From IMG/VR virus record IMGVR_UViG_3300047552_000145, positions 17,267 through 81,266 of that record: a DNA stretch of 64,000 nucleotides; one strand, 5' to 3'. The translations under genes and the position numbers were made by a program. Position 1 is the stretch's first letter; every line of letters begins with the position of its first letter. The DNA comes from a virus. Under the pieces are notes generated by a model. That model made no database searches, was not told where the DNA came from, and saw only the letters and a program-made list of their open reading frames with translations. Shown here one piece after another: positions 1 to 8,804 of the stretch.

Positions 1-1
1 A

Positions 2-526
2 CATGTAAAAGGTACTCGCGATGCGTTTAACGCACGCAATGACAGATATATCTTTGAGAAATTAGCGCAGAAATATAATGACGATAAAGAGATTATTCAA
101 TTCTTTGTTTCCAACTTTGCTTATAGTAATGACACTGCGATTTACGGAAACAGCGAAGCTGAAGAACTATACTCGGAATGGAAACGTCGCAAACAGTCTA
201 TTAGTAAGATATTTGTAGACGACCTTACCAATGTTATGAATATGTGCGACGTTCACAAATTTAATGTTGATGGAATTTTCAAGGTTGTAGATGGTGATTT
301 ACCAGTATTGACTTCCATGTTTCTTTCAGGTAAAATAACTATTGAGACCTTGAGGATTATTGATGATATTGAACCATTCATCAATACTTGGGAAAACGAT
401 CCTATGATAAAGATCGTGTTGGGTGACAAACTTCTTCGTGCTGAAAAACTCAAAGGTTTTGTAAAGTACGATAAAGAAAAAGCCACCAAAGTTTTTAATC
501 ATTTTAAAGAAGAGCTATCTCTGTAA
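2..526 (+). CDS. gp59: Loader of DNA helicase (gp59-like), 5'-truncated by the window edge
   Basis: Frame is open from base 2 (HVKGTRDAFNARNDRYIFEKLAQKY...FFVSNF...) into the 236..526 ORF. The RNDRYxFEKL and F.VSNF motifs and the position just upstream of gene 32 fit gp59. Confidence 0.85.
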   Translation, partial: HVKGTRDAFNARNDRYIFEKLAQKYNDDKEIIQFFVSNFAYSNDTAIYGNSEAEELYSEWKRRKQSISKIFVDDLTNVMNMCDVHKFNVDGIFKVVDGDLPVLTSMFLSGKITIETLRIIDDIEPFINTWENDPMIKIVLGDKLLRAEKLKGFVKYDKEKATKVFNHFKEELSL

Positions 527-530
527 TATC

Positions 531-755
531 ATGGGTAAGACCTACCATAAACAATCTAGTCGTTACGACGATGAACCCTCTAGCCGTTCGGGTAAAAATT
601 CTAAACACTCAAATAATCGTAAAGGTGGTGGAATGAGAACGCTAAATAGCTATGTTGAAGAAGATATTAACTTTAACGATGAAGACATCTTCGATGATGA
701 CTTTGGAGTTGAGGATGAGATTCAGATTCGACACATACAAAACGATAAACCGTAA
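531..755 (+). CDS. Small hypothetical protein, basic N-half and acidic C-half
   Basis: 74-aa ATG ORF filling the gap between gp59 and gp32 on the same strand. Confidence 0.7.
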   Translation: MGKTYHKQSSRYDDEPSSRSGKNSKHSNNRKGGGMRTLNSYVEEDINFNDEDIFDDDFGVEDEIQIRHIQNDKP

Positions 756-782
756 TACAATTACATACAAAGGAAAATACAA

Positions 783-1703
783 ATGGATATTCAAACACTT
801 CGCAAAATGCGTTCTAACGACTTCGGCAGCATTTCTAATGCTTTTGAGAAGATCGCAAACCCTTCTACTGAATCCAAAGGTTATGCAGATGACCGCTTCT
901 GGAAACTAGAAGGCGACAAAGCAGGCAACGGCACTGCTACTATTCGATTCCTCCCACGTGTAGAAGGTGATGAACTCCCATGGGTTCGCGTCTTCAGCCA
1001 TGGTTTCCAAGGACCAACTGGTAAGTGGTACATCGAAAACTCCCTAACTACTCTCGGTGAACAAGACCCTGTTAGCGAACTAAACACTCAACTCTGGAAC
1101 TCTGGCGTTGAAGCTAACAAGAAGATTGCGCAAAACCAAAAGCGTCGTCTGTCTTATATCGCCAACGTTCTGATTGTTTCTGATCCGAAGCATCCAGAGA
1201 ACGAGGGTAAGGTTATGCTCTTCAAGTTTGGTAAGAAGATCTTTGATAAAATCATGGATAAGGCTCGCCCAACTTTCGAAGACGAAAAGCCAGTCAACGT
1301 GTTTGACTTCTGGGAAGGTGCTAACTTTAAACTGCGTATGCGCAAGAAGGACGGCTTCACTAACTATGATGAGTCTGCGTTCCAAGAGCCTTCTGCTCTG
1401 GGTGATGACGACAAGATCGTTGAGGTTGCTCAAGCGCAACATAAGTTGTCTGAATTCTTGGATCGTAAGAACTTCAAGTCTTACGCTGATCTAAAGAAGA
1501 AGTTGGATGAGGTTCTTTCTGGTGATGGTTTCAATGCTAAGTCTGCTGCAGAATTGGCTAAAGATGAACCAGCTTCTATGGAAGCACCTGAGCCAGCGAA
1601 AGCTGCACCAGCGTTCACACCAAAGACATCTGCTAAACCAGCAATGGATGAAGATGATGAAGATGTAATGTCTTACTTTGAGAAGATCGCTAAAGAAGAC
1701 TAA
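783..1703 (+). CDS. gp32: Single-stranded DNA-binding protein
   Basis: DDRFWK..DKAGNGTATIRFLP, HGFQGPTGKWYIENSLTT, FKFGKKIFDKI, FDFWEGANFKL and an acidic tail. AAGGA SD upstream. Confidence 0.97.
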   Translation: MDIQTLRKMRSNDFGSISNAFEKIANPSTESKGYADDRFWKLEGDKAGNGTATIRFLPRVEGDELPWVRVFSHGFQGPTGKWYIENSLTTLGEQDPVSELNTQLWNSGVEANKKIAQNQKRRLSYIANVLIVSDPKHPENEGKVMLFKFGKKIFDKIMDKARPTFEDEKPVNVFDFWEGANFKLRMRKKDGFTNYDESAFQEPSALGDDDKIVEVAQAQHKLSEFLDRKNFKSYADLKKKLDEVLSGDGFNAKSAAELAKDEPASMEAPEPAKAAPAFTPKTSAKPAMDEDDEDVMSYFEKIAKED

Positions 1704-1720
1704 TAAGTCTTAGTCAAAAA

Positions 1721-1748
1721 GAAAAGGGAGCTAAAAGCTCCCTTTTTC
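1721..1748. terminator. Bidirectional rho-independent terminator between convergent gp32 and the gp29-like gene
   Basis: GAAAAGGGAGC-TAAAA-GCTCCCTTTTTC hairpin with A-run and T-run flanks. Confidence 0.9.
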
Positions 1749-1749
1749 A

Positions 1750-3645
1750 TTACGCGAATCGTCTTTGTAGGTATTTGTTATAACTCGATTCAGTATTACG
1801 AACCTGAGGTTTAACAACGTTCGTTTGAGTGCTATTAGAAACAGTGGTTGGAGCATTAACAATAGCACCGCCACCTTTCTTACCATCAACTTTGGCTTGT
1901 TCGTCGGCATTACCCTTTGATGCATTATATACTCTAGCACCTGCGACAGACATAGCACCACCCGCTGCAGCGAACTTAGTTGCTTGTTCCCATGGAAAGT
2001 CTTTAACTGCTTTCATAGAGTTTGAATCTACTTTGGCAAATTCCTTCATTGCTCCAGACATAGCACCAAGACCATCAGCCGCATCTTTAACACCTTGACC
2101 AACTGTTCCAATCTTAATAAGTTGTTCCACTGGCGAATCTTGACCAACAGTTAACAAATTACCAACTAGGGTGCCAAGACCTCCAACTGCTTGACCAGCA
2201 CCAAAAGCAGCAATTGCGGCACCAAGAGCAGCAACGCCAGCGGCAACACCTAGTAGGTTGTCACCATTCACTGCAGCTAATCGTTCAATACCAGAAGTGA
2301 AGGCTTCCAATCCAGCGCCCATCTGTTCCATCGCAGCGCCAATTACCCACACAGCACCGCCAAGACCAGTTAGAGCAAGAGCGCCAACACCAAGCATTGG
2401 CGCCAATGAACCAGCTAAAGCACCTGCGCCAATTAGAGCAGCGATAGTAACGCCAGCTTTTCCTAACGTTTCCCAGTCTAAGTTTGCGAAGTTTTCAAGG
2501 GCTTTACTCATACCCCACACAACTGCAGTTAGTAAACCCATGACTGCGATACCAGCAACCGTCTTGGCAGAAGCGAACATCTTGATGCCATCTGATAAAC
2601 CACCAAGGATACCTTTGAAGATGGAACCGATCCCGTCACCAATACCTTTACCAATAGCAGAAACGCCAGAACCAAGAGCACCCATAGTATCACTGATACC
2701 AGATGCTAGTTTACCAATACTGCTGCGTGGTTTAGCAGCCTTACCAGAATCTTCACCACCACCCGCAGAAGAACTAGTAATACCTGCCATTGCTGCCGTA
2801 TTATTAGCTATCTGTTGTAACAAGTCCATTTGACCTGCAGTCAAGCGGAGCATCTCAGCTTCATTTTCTTTCTTGACTTGTTGTTCAGCTAATACGTCAG
2901 TTGTTGATTGTGCAACTTTACCTTTATCCGAAGGGGTTTCTGGTAGTTTAGCCGATGGTTGATCGCCAGTAAAACCTTTTGGTCTAGCTATGCCAGAATC
3001 TTTTACTGATTTTAATGCCTTGTCGCGTGTTTTGAATAATTCTGGTTTATTCTTTCTGATATCATCTTCACTAGCACCCATCTTTTTAAGACGGTCAATC
3101 TCTTCTTGAGATCTAAGTGCAGTTCTTTCATCAGTACGCTTTTGCTTAGAAGCCTTCAATAATTCCTTATCAGTACGACCGTCACCCTGCGCTTTCATAC
3201 GTTTGACGTAATCATAATCAGATTGTTTGTCTCGTACACCCTTGAACATTGAGAATGGACCAAGCATGGCTTTCTTGATAGTATTAGGGTCAAGAGCGCT
3301 CTGAAGGTTACGCTTCATGTCCTTAAATTTATCACCGACAGTCTTCCAGTCTTTGTTGCCTTTTTGTAAGGCTTCAATCTGCTTATTTTGTCCGTCAGCT
3401 ATTTTCTTAAGGAAAGCTGCTTGATCTTTTTGTAGTTCTAGTTGAGCTTGCTGAATCTTAAGAGACATTAAGGTTTTAGCGTCGCTCTGGTTTGAACCAG
3501 CGTCGTTTTGACCACTAGCTTGAATTTGTTGAAGGGCTTGGGACTGCTGGTCGAGCACAGCCGTGATTTGACCAAGAGCATTGTTGGCTTTACCCATGCC
3601 CCTTGCTATGGTTTTAATTGGTCCCTTACCGCCTCTTTTTGCCAT
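1750..3645 (-). CDS. Baseplate hub / tail length tape-measure protein (gp29-like)
   Basis: 631 aa, helical, Q/K-rich N-half and a long Ala/Gly-rich hydrophobic stretch, with a NAPTTVSNS..N-type C-terminus. Lies next to genes 51 and 26. Confidence 0.7.
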   Translation of the reverse strand: MAKRGGKGPIKTIARGMGKANNALGQITAVLDQQSQALQQIQASGQNDAGSNQSDAKTLMSLKIQQAQLELQKDQAAFLKKIADGQNKQIEALQKGNKDWKTVGDKFKDMKRNLQSALDPNTIKKAMLGPFSMFKGVRDKQSDYDYVKRMKAQGDGRTDKELLKASKQKRTDERTALRSQEEIDRLKKMGASEDDIRKNKPELFKTRDKALKSVKDSGIARPKGFTGDQPSAKLPETPSDKGKVAQSTTDVLAEQQVKKENEAEMLRLTAGQMDLLQQIANNTAAMAGITSSSAGGGEDSGKAAKPRSSIGKLASGISDTMGALGSGVSAIGKGIGDGIGSIFKGILGGLSDGIKMFASAKTVAGIAVMGLLTAVVWGMSKALENFANLDWETLGKAGVTIAALIGAGALAGSLAPMLGVGALALTGLGGAVWVIGAAMEQMGAGLEAFTSGIERLAAVNGDNLLGVAAGVAALGAAIAAFGAGQAVGGLGTLVGNLLTVGQDSPVEQLIKIGTVGQGVKDAADGLGAMSGAMKEFAKVDSNSMKAVKDFPWEQATKFAAAGGAMSVAGARVYNASKGNADEQAKVDGKKGGGAIVNAPTTVSNSTQTNVVKPQVRNTESSYNKYLQRRFA

Positions 3646-3648
3646 TTC

Positions 3649-3834
3649 TTACATCCTCTTTTTGGATTCGATCCGTTGTTTTTCTTCTTCTAGATATTGG
3701 ACTAACATAGCAACGTATAGCTCTCGTTCAAAAGGAAGCATTCCTTCCAACTCCGCCAAACTATATTTATGATATTGCATCAATGCAAAGTTCATCCTAT
3801 AATAGTTCTCCAGAGATTCATGACCGAGAGCCAT
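3649..3834 (-). CDS. gp51: Baseplate hub assembly catalyst
   Basis: NFALMQYHKYSLAELEGMLPFERELYV motif. Coupled to gp26. Confidence 0.9.
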   Translation of the reverse strand: MALGHESLENYYRMNFALMQYHKYSLAELEGMLPFERELYVAMLVQYLEEEKQRIESKKRM

Positions 3835-4550
3835 TAGAAAAAACTTTGCAAACCTTCCAATACCTTATGGTGTTCTTTACCACAAATTGGGCACTTATAC
3901 TCAACCTTTGTGGAAATTTTAGGCATAGTCTCAAAGAACAATTGAATCTTAGCAAACTGTTCTGATGTCAGGTTATTCAAGAACTGCAATAATTCTTCTT
4001 TCTTTGTTTCATGCCCATAATATACTTCATCTCCATCATATATACAGTCGATCAAATCTGCCACTAGGTTAAATACTTCCTCAACATCACCTGTGTCTTT
4101 TAGCAAGTCTTGTGTTTCAAGTGAAGGATATTTCATTATGATACCAACTTTATTGAACAGGTCAATTTTGTTAGTGTGTCCATCTGGGACAGATACTTGT
4201 AGATCGCTGACGTTGATAGTCACCTTACTTCTAGCTTTTTCGTTTTGTTCGCCATGGTCTTCGTCGCACTGGAACAATAGGTCAATGGTTTCACCAACAG
4301 ACTTACCACGAATTTGAAGAAACATATATTCAATATCAAAGATCGCCAATTTATTGACATCAATCTTGTCTTGAATTACGCTGCTGAATACGTTCTTAAG
4401 CGTGTCGACCATTACTGTTGGGTCTTCAGATTGCTGAGCAATTAGAAGTGCTTTTTCTTCCTTAACAACAAACGGTCTAAATCGAACAGTTTTTCCAGTT
4501 GATGGAATAACCATGTTAAATGTTGGTTGGGTGTTCATTGGTAAAGCCAT
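3834..4550 (-). CDS. gp26: Baseplate hub subunit
   Basis: MALP...IPSTGKTVRFRPFVVKEEKALL, FDIEYMFLQIRGKSVGE, and C-terminal CPIC...LEGLQSFF. Confidence 0.93.
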   Translation of the reverse strand: MALPMNTQPTFNMVIPSTGKTVRFRPFVVKEEKALLIAQQSEDPTVMVDTLKNVFSSVIQDKIDVNKLAIFDIEYMFLQIRGKSVGETIDLLFQCDEDHGEQNEKARSKVTINVSDLQVSVPDGHTNKIDLFNKVGIIMKYPSLETQDLLKDTGDVEEVFNLVADLIDCIYDGDEVYYGHETKKEELLQFLNNLTSEQFAKIQLFFETMPKISTKVEYKCPICGKEHHKVLEGLQSFF

Positions 4551-4551
4551 A

Positions 4552-4968
4552 TTATTCTCCTGTCATTTTCTTAATCATCTTGCTCAAATCAGCAGTGCTA
4601 CCCACAAAGATAGCGTTATTGTGTGTTATTTCTTTAGAAGCTGTTCCCTTAGTAGGTTCTTCTAGTTTCTTTTTCTGTTGGTGAACATCCATCAGTTGTT
4701 GGTTTATATCAGCGAGTTGTTTCATCAACCCACCAACAACCTCAAACGCACGTGGGTGTTCGGAAGACTTAGCAACAGACAACGCTGTTTCTAAAGCAGA
4801 TTTACCCTGCATCAGAAGTTCGCGTAGATTATTTCTAGCGTGGTCGTAGTCATCATCTATTTTAGCAGATGATGGTGAAGGATCTCCAACTGCTGGGAGA
4901 ACCTCGACTGGTTGCTCATTCATAGGTTCAATATCAAATACTTTTGACAAAGACTCATCAGTGTTCAT
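4552..4968 (-). CDS. gp16: Terminase small subunit (displaced from gene 17)
   Basis: DYDHARNNL..L, A..SEHPRAFEV...L.K, NNAIFVGSTADL motifs typical of environmental T4-like gp16. The ATG at 4968 is preferred to the TTG at 4980. Confidence 0.88.
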   Translation of the reverse strand: MNTDESLSKVFDIEPMNEQPVEVLPAVGDPSPSSAKIDDDYDHARNNLRELLMQGKSALETALSVAKSSEHPRAFEVVGGLMKQLADINQQLMDVHQQKKKLEEPTKGTASKEITHNNAIFVGSTADLSKMIKKMTGE

Positions 4969-4983
4969 ATACAAATCCAAAAA

Positions 4984-5700
4984 TTAAAAACGAATGCCAG
5001 GTAATCTACTTGTAACTTGAGAGAACCCACGCATAGCATATTGTCCAACTGCACCAGTAACAAAGTTTCCAGCTTCACCAAGACCTTTAAGGTATTTCTG
5101 TTGGAATCCAGCGAAGTTATCTAAGTAACCTTTAAACCCACCAGCAGTCTTTTCTAGTTGAGTGTATGGATCTTGTTCGATAGGTACAGCGTACCAATAC
5201 TTATATTGGAAAGTAACATCCAATCTCATAGTATCATTGTTGTTCTGGGAATCCAGCGAAACAGCACTAATAGATTTAGGATATGCTTCATATAGTTGAA
5301 CGAGGTATGTAACTTTATCCTCTAAGTCTTGGATGCGAATAGTCATAGGAGTTACATAATCATTATACCAACCGATAGTTCTATCCATTGGATTTATGAT
5401 GTGTTGAGACCAAACATCGAAGATACTCTTAACGGTCATCATACGATCTACGTGGAATGTTAGCGTTACTGGCTCAAACATTCTATCATAAACTACTTCG
5501 CGTGTTTCGCCATATGAACGGTTAGCAGTTGTGGCGAAATTGATCCCAGGTAGAGAAGCCTTCTCGCAGAAAAGCAACATGCGTTTTGTCATTTCAGGCA
5601 TAGCTTTTGGTGGTGTGAAATCGACAGTAAAGCGGTTAGTACGAGCTATACCCTTCGTCTTGATCTCCGCAATAAAATCTTTTTGTCTATTTGAAGCCAT
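4984..5700 (-). CDS. gp54: Baseplate-tail tube initiator (gp19/gp54 family)
   Basis: GIARTNRFTV, CEKASLPG, LYEAYPKSI..V.L, LDVTFQYKYW give a tube-protein-like fold. Synteny agrees. Confidence 0.75.
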   Translation of the reverse strand: MASNRQKDFIAEIKTKGIARTNRFTVDFTPPKAMPEMTKRMLLFCEKASLPGINFATTANRSYGETREVVYDRMFEPVTLTFHVDRMMTVKSIFDVWSQHIINPMDRTIGWYNDYVTPMTIRIQDLEDKVTYLVQLYEAYPKSISAVSLDSQNNNDTMRLDVTFQYKYWYAVPIEQDPYTQLEKTAGGFKGYLDNFAGFQQKYLKGLGEAGNFVTGAVGQYAMRGFSQVTSRLPGIRF

Positions 5701-6348
5701 TTATTTTTTCTTCTTTCTCTTCATCGAGTTTACATATTGACGAGACTTATCCCAAATTCTATCATCAGGCATCTTAACGAATTGTTCAACTGGTAATAGA
5801 ACAGCAGTAGCCCAGTCATATGCTCGAATTTCTCTGAACGTAGACCTTAACCCACCGAAGTTATAATTATGAAAAGCTGGAACTGCAGCAGCGAATTTCT
5901 GGACACCTTTAATAGCTGCCCAACTATATTTGATACGAGTGTTTTCGTCCATCTTAGCATTAGTTTTATATTGCATTAGATAATACAATAACTGCATTCG
6001 CATTTGGTATGGCAGGTAGTGAAAGTTGATTCCACTGAAACCGCTAATTGATCGTTTGTATAGTAGTGTACATGGGAAGCGGTCAAAGTATGGAATTGAC
6101 GACTTATATAATGGGTCATAGATGTACATATACATCTTCCCTGGCATCAGTTTAGTAGTTAGTTGGGTTGGGTTGCCTTTTAGAACCGCCCATGGACTAT
6201 TAATCTGTTTCATCAGCAAAATCATTTGCTGTTCGTACCATGCCTTGGATTTACGGAAAGCTGTTTTTAGATCGTACTTGTTCTTCTCGAAAATATCGAG
6301 AGCAGCAATCTGGGCAGCAGTTCGACTTTGTTTAATCTGAGTAGGCAT
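5701..6348 (-). CDS. gp2: DNA end protector protein
   Basis: PGKMYMYIYDPLYK..IPYFDRFP, GINFHYLP, W..AVLLPVEQF. Confidence 0.92.
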   Translation of the reverse strand: MPTQIKQSRTAAQIAALDIFEKNKYDLKTAFRKSKAWYEQQMILLMKQINSPWAVLKGNPTQLTTKLMPGKMYMYIYDPLYKSSIPYFDRFPCTLLYKRSISGFSGINFHYLPYQMRMQLLYYLMQYKTNAKMDENTRIKYSWAAIKGVQKFAAAVPAFHNYNFGGLRSTFREIRAYDWATAVLLPVEQFVKMPDDRIWDKSRQYVNSMKRKKKK

Positions 6349-6354
6349 ATTGAC

Positions 6355-6362
6355 TATTTAGG
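6355..6362 (-). promoter_or_regulatory. gp55-type late promoter (CCTAAATA) for gene 2
   Basis: TAAATA core on the minus strand, 6 nt before the gene 2 ATG. Confidence 0.6.
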
Positions 6363-6797
6363 TCAAACGCCCAATTCCTTTTCAGTTATAACTTTGAACT
6401 CCCACCCACGATCTTTAGCGTATTCTGTGGCAGCCTTCCACTTAGCTTGGTTCTTTATAAAACTATAAGACTCAGCTAAATAACGCTGAGTTCTGCGCCC
6501 AGGGAATACAGGCGGAGCAGTTTGTTTTAGAGGTTTAATTTCTATCAAATAAGTTCTAGTTGACCCGTCTTTTTGTTGAACTTTTATCTTAAAATCTATA
6601 AAATAGCGATGTAACTTATTATCAGTTGGGCAGACGTAAGGGATGACGGTTTCTTCCGAACTCCAACGAATTATAGATGGATTTGAGTCACACCATTTAG
6701 CGAATCTTCTTTCCCATGAAGATCTACATATGATGTTGGAAACATCCCCTGAATATTTTTCAGGGTGTATCGGAACATATCTTGATTTATGGAACAT
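6363..6797 (-). CDS. gp4: Head completion nuclease
   Basis: P.HPEKYSGD..NII.RSSWERRF..WCD, WSSEE..IPY, HRYF.DF, EIKP, NQAKW.AA. The ATG at 6797 avoids overlap with gene 48. Confidence 0.93.
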   Translation of the reverse strand: MFHKSRYVPIHPEKYSGDVSNIICRSSWERRFAKWCDSNPSIIRWSSEETVIPYVCPTDNKLHRYFIDFKIKVQQKDGSTRTYLIEIKPLKQTAPPVFPGRRTQRYLAESYSFIKNQAKWKAATEYAKDRGWEFKVITEKELGV

Positions 6798-6806
6798 AAA
6801 TAAATA
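6795..6806 (+). promoter_or_regulatory. Late promoter(s) for the baseplate operon
   Basis: Overlapping CATAAATA and AATAAATA about 30 nt before gene 48. Confidence 0.6.
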
Positions 6807-6835
6807 ATCAAATAAGAATAATTTAGGAAACCTAA

Positions 6836-7993
6836 ATGGCAAACATAGTCGATTATATTAGAGATGGAGTTACATCTGCTAAGACTACAGTTTCAGACTA
6901 CATCACAGGTGCAGCTGATAGAGTTAAAGGTATTGCTGGTGGCGTTAAGGATGCAGCGACAAAAGCTGTCAACCCACCAAGAGGTGACTGGATCAACAAC
7001 ACCAGAAAAAACTACGAAGTGAATAAGTACAAGGTGGATCAACACTCATATCCAATGGACTTGTTGTCACCTATTTATGGCGGAAACTATGCGATTTTCT
7101 ATATCAACGTTTCGGATGCATCAAGACTGGCATTGACTGAAGAGACTGTAGATCTAAACCCTAAAACTGAAGCTCGTATGCGTAACTCTCTAGTTGGTAA
7201 TGCTAAGAGATTAGAGAATTTGTTTGATGCTGGTGTCGGTAAAGCGAACGAGGTTTTACCAGAAGCTGCTAACATCAACATTGATGCTATTAAGAATGCT
7301 GTGCCATTCAATGGTAGAAGCCAACGCAGATTAAAAACCGCTATTGCTTTACATGTACCCAATCAGTTAAGCGTTCGTTATGCAACTACATGGGGTACAG
7401 CAGAAAACACTGCTGGTGCTCAGGCACTTATGTCCGCTGGTAGTTCAGTTGGTGAAGCTCTTGCTAATAACCCAACTGCTGCTGTAAAGAACTTAACTGA
7501 TGCCGCTGCTACTGGTGCCGAGGCATTTGTCGCTAATAGAATGGCCAACAACAAATATTCCCAAATTATTTCAGCAGCTACTGGTACTGCAGCGAACCCT
7601 AAAAAAGAACAGGTGTTCGAGGGTGTAGAATTCCGCAAGTTTGCGTTCGACTATCAATTCTATCCAAGAGATGAGTTTGAAGCTGAGAACGTTTTGAATA
7701 TTATTCACCAATTCAAACTACATATGCACCCTGAGTTCAAAAGCGAGTTAAACTATGTTTGGATTTACCCTTCTGAGTTTGATATCACGTATTACACAAA
7801 TGGTGCAGAGAACCTTAATCTCCACAAGCACACTTCTTGTATCTTAGAGAGTATGAACGTCAACTATACACCGAACGGCAATTTCTCTGTATTTGCTAAT
7901 GGTATGCCGACTCAAATTAACTTATCTCTAGAGTTTAGAGAACTACAACTTGCATCCAAAGAAACTATTGGTTTAACTCCAGGAGGTCTATAA
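6836..7993 (+). CDS. gp48: Baseplate tail-tube cap
   Basis: IALHVP, NPKKEQVFEGVEFRKFAFDYQFYPR...EA, YPSEFDI.Y, VNYTPNG, L.LEFREL. Confidence 0.9.
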   Translation: MANIVDYIRDGVTSAKTTVSDYITGAADRVKGIAGGVKDAATKAVNPPRGDWINNTRKNYEVNKYKVDQHSYPMDLLSPIYGGNYAIFYINVSDASRLALTEETVDLNPKTEARMRNSLVGNAKRLENLFDAGVGKANEVLPEAANINIDAIKNAVPFNGRSQRRLKTAIALHVPNQLSVRYATTWGTAENTAGAQALMSAGSSVGEALANNPTAAVKNLTDAAATGAEAFVANRMANNKYSQIISAATGTAANPKKEQVFEGVEFRKFAFDYQFYPRDEFEAENVLNIIHQFKLHMHPEFKSELNYVWIYPSEFDITYYTNGAENLNLHKHTSCILESMNVNYTPNGNFSVFANGMPTQINLSLEFRELQLASKETIGLTPGGL

Positions 7994-7994
7994 T

Positions 7995-8804
7995 ATGTAC
8001 TTCAAAGGCTTCCCTCAATTTCTATATGATTTTAATTATGGTGATAGAGTTAAGACAAGTATTGTAAAAGATATTACACGTAACGTTCGCCTAAGAAAAG
8101 AAATCTTATCAAACGTTACATTGTTTGATGAGTATGATATCATCGACGGTGAAACCCCAGAAATGATTTCTGAAAAGTTCTATGGAACACCAGAGTATCA
8201 TTGGGTTGTTATGTTGTGTAACGATAAGTATGATTATCGCGCTGACTTCCCTTTACCAGAAGCTGTTCTTGAAAAGCACATCGCTTCTGTTTATAATCCA
8301 ACTCTATATTCTTCTGATTGGTATTGGGATACTGATGAGAATGGACAAGTTATTTTTCATATTAGAATTACAAGCATAGAGGTTCCATTTGATGCTGCGT
8401 ATTTGACAGCTCCAGTTAAGATCAATATCAGAGATGATGATAGTTCGTTTATCATTGACATCAATTTCCCAGTAGACCCAATTGGTCTAGATGTCGCTAC
8501 ACAATACTTCTATTTTCCAGTTCCAAGCCATAATGATGCATGGTTGGTTGCACATGGTAAAGAAGGATCCACTGCTGATTCTGGTGTAGGTAATGTTGAA
8601 CTAACTATCAACACTGAGGGAAGAGAATACAACCCAGTGTATTATGTAAATAATAAAGGTTTTACAATTAACCCAACTGAAGGCGCTATTGCTGTTACAG
8701 GTGATGTACAGCATAGATTTGAGAATGATCAGAAGAGAAGAATTAAACTAATTGCACCTAGTTTATTAGAAACACTTCTTAGAAACTATCAAGATGAGCT
8801 ATAA
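7995..8804 (+). CDS. gp53: Baseplate wedge subunit (LysM-like)
   Basis: MYFKGFP..Y, Y.I.DGETPE.IS.KFYG...YHWVV.L.N, C-terminal ND.KR.IKL. Confidence 0.9.
   Translation: MYFKGFPQFLYDFNYGDRVKTSIVKDITRNVRLRKEILSNVTLFDEYDIIDGETPEMISEKFYGTPEYHWVVMLCNDKYDYRADFPLPEAVLEKHIASVYNPTLYSSDWYWDTDENGQVIFHIRITSIEVPFDAAYLTAPVKINIRDDDSSFIIDINFPVDPIGLDVATQYFYFPVPSHNDAWLVAHGKEGSTADSGVGNVELTINTEGREYNPVYYVNNKGFTINPTEGAIAVTGDVQHRFENDQKRRIKLIAPSLLETLLRNYQDEL

Noticed and set aside
1829-2833. Plus-strand ORFs of 89 and 191 aa opposite the gp29-like gene
   Set aside because: These are antisense shadow frames of an Ala/Gly-rich gene, with no SD or recognisable motif.
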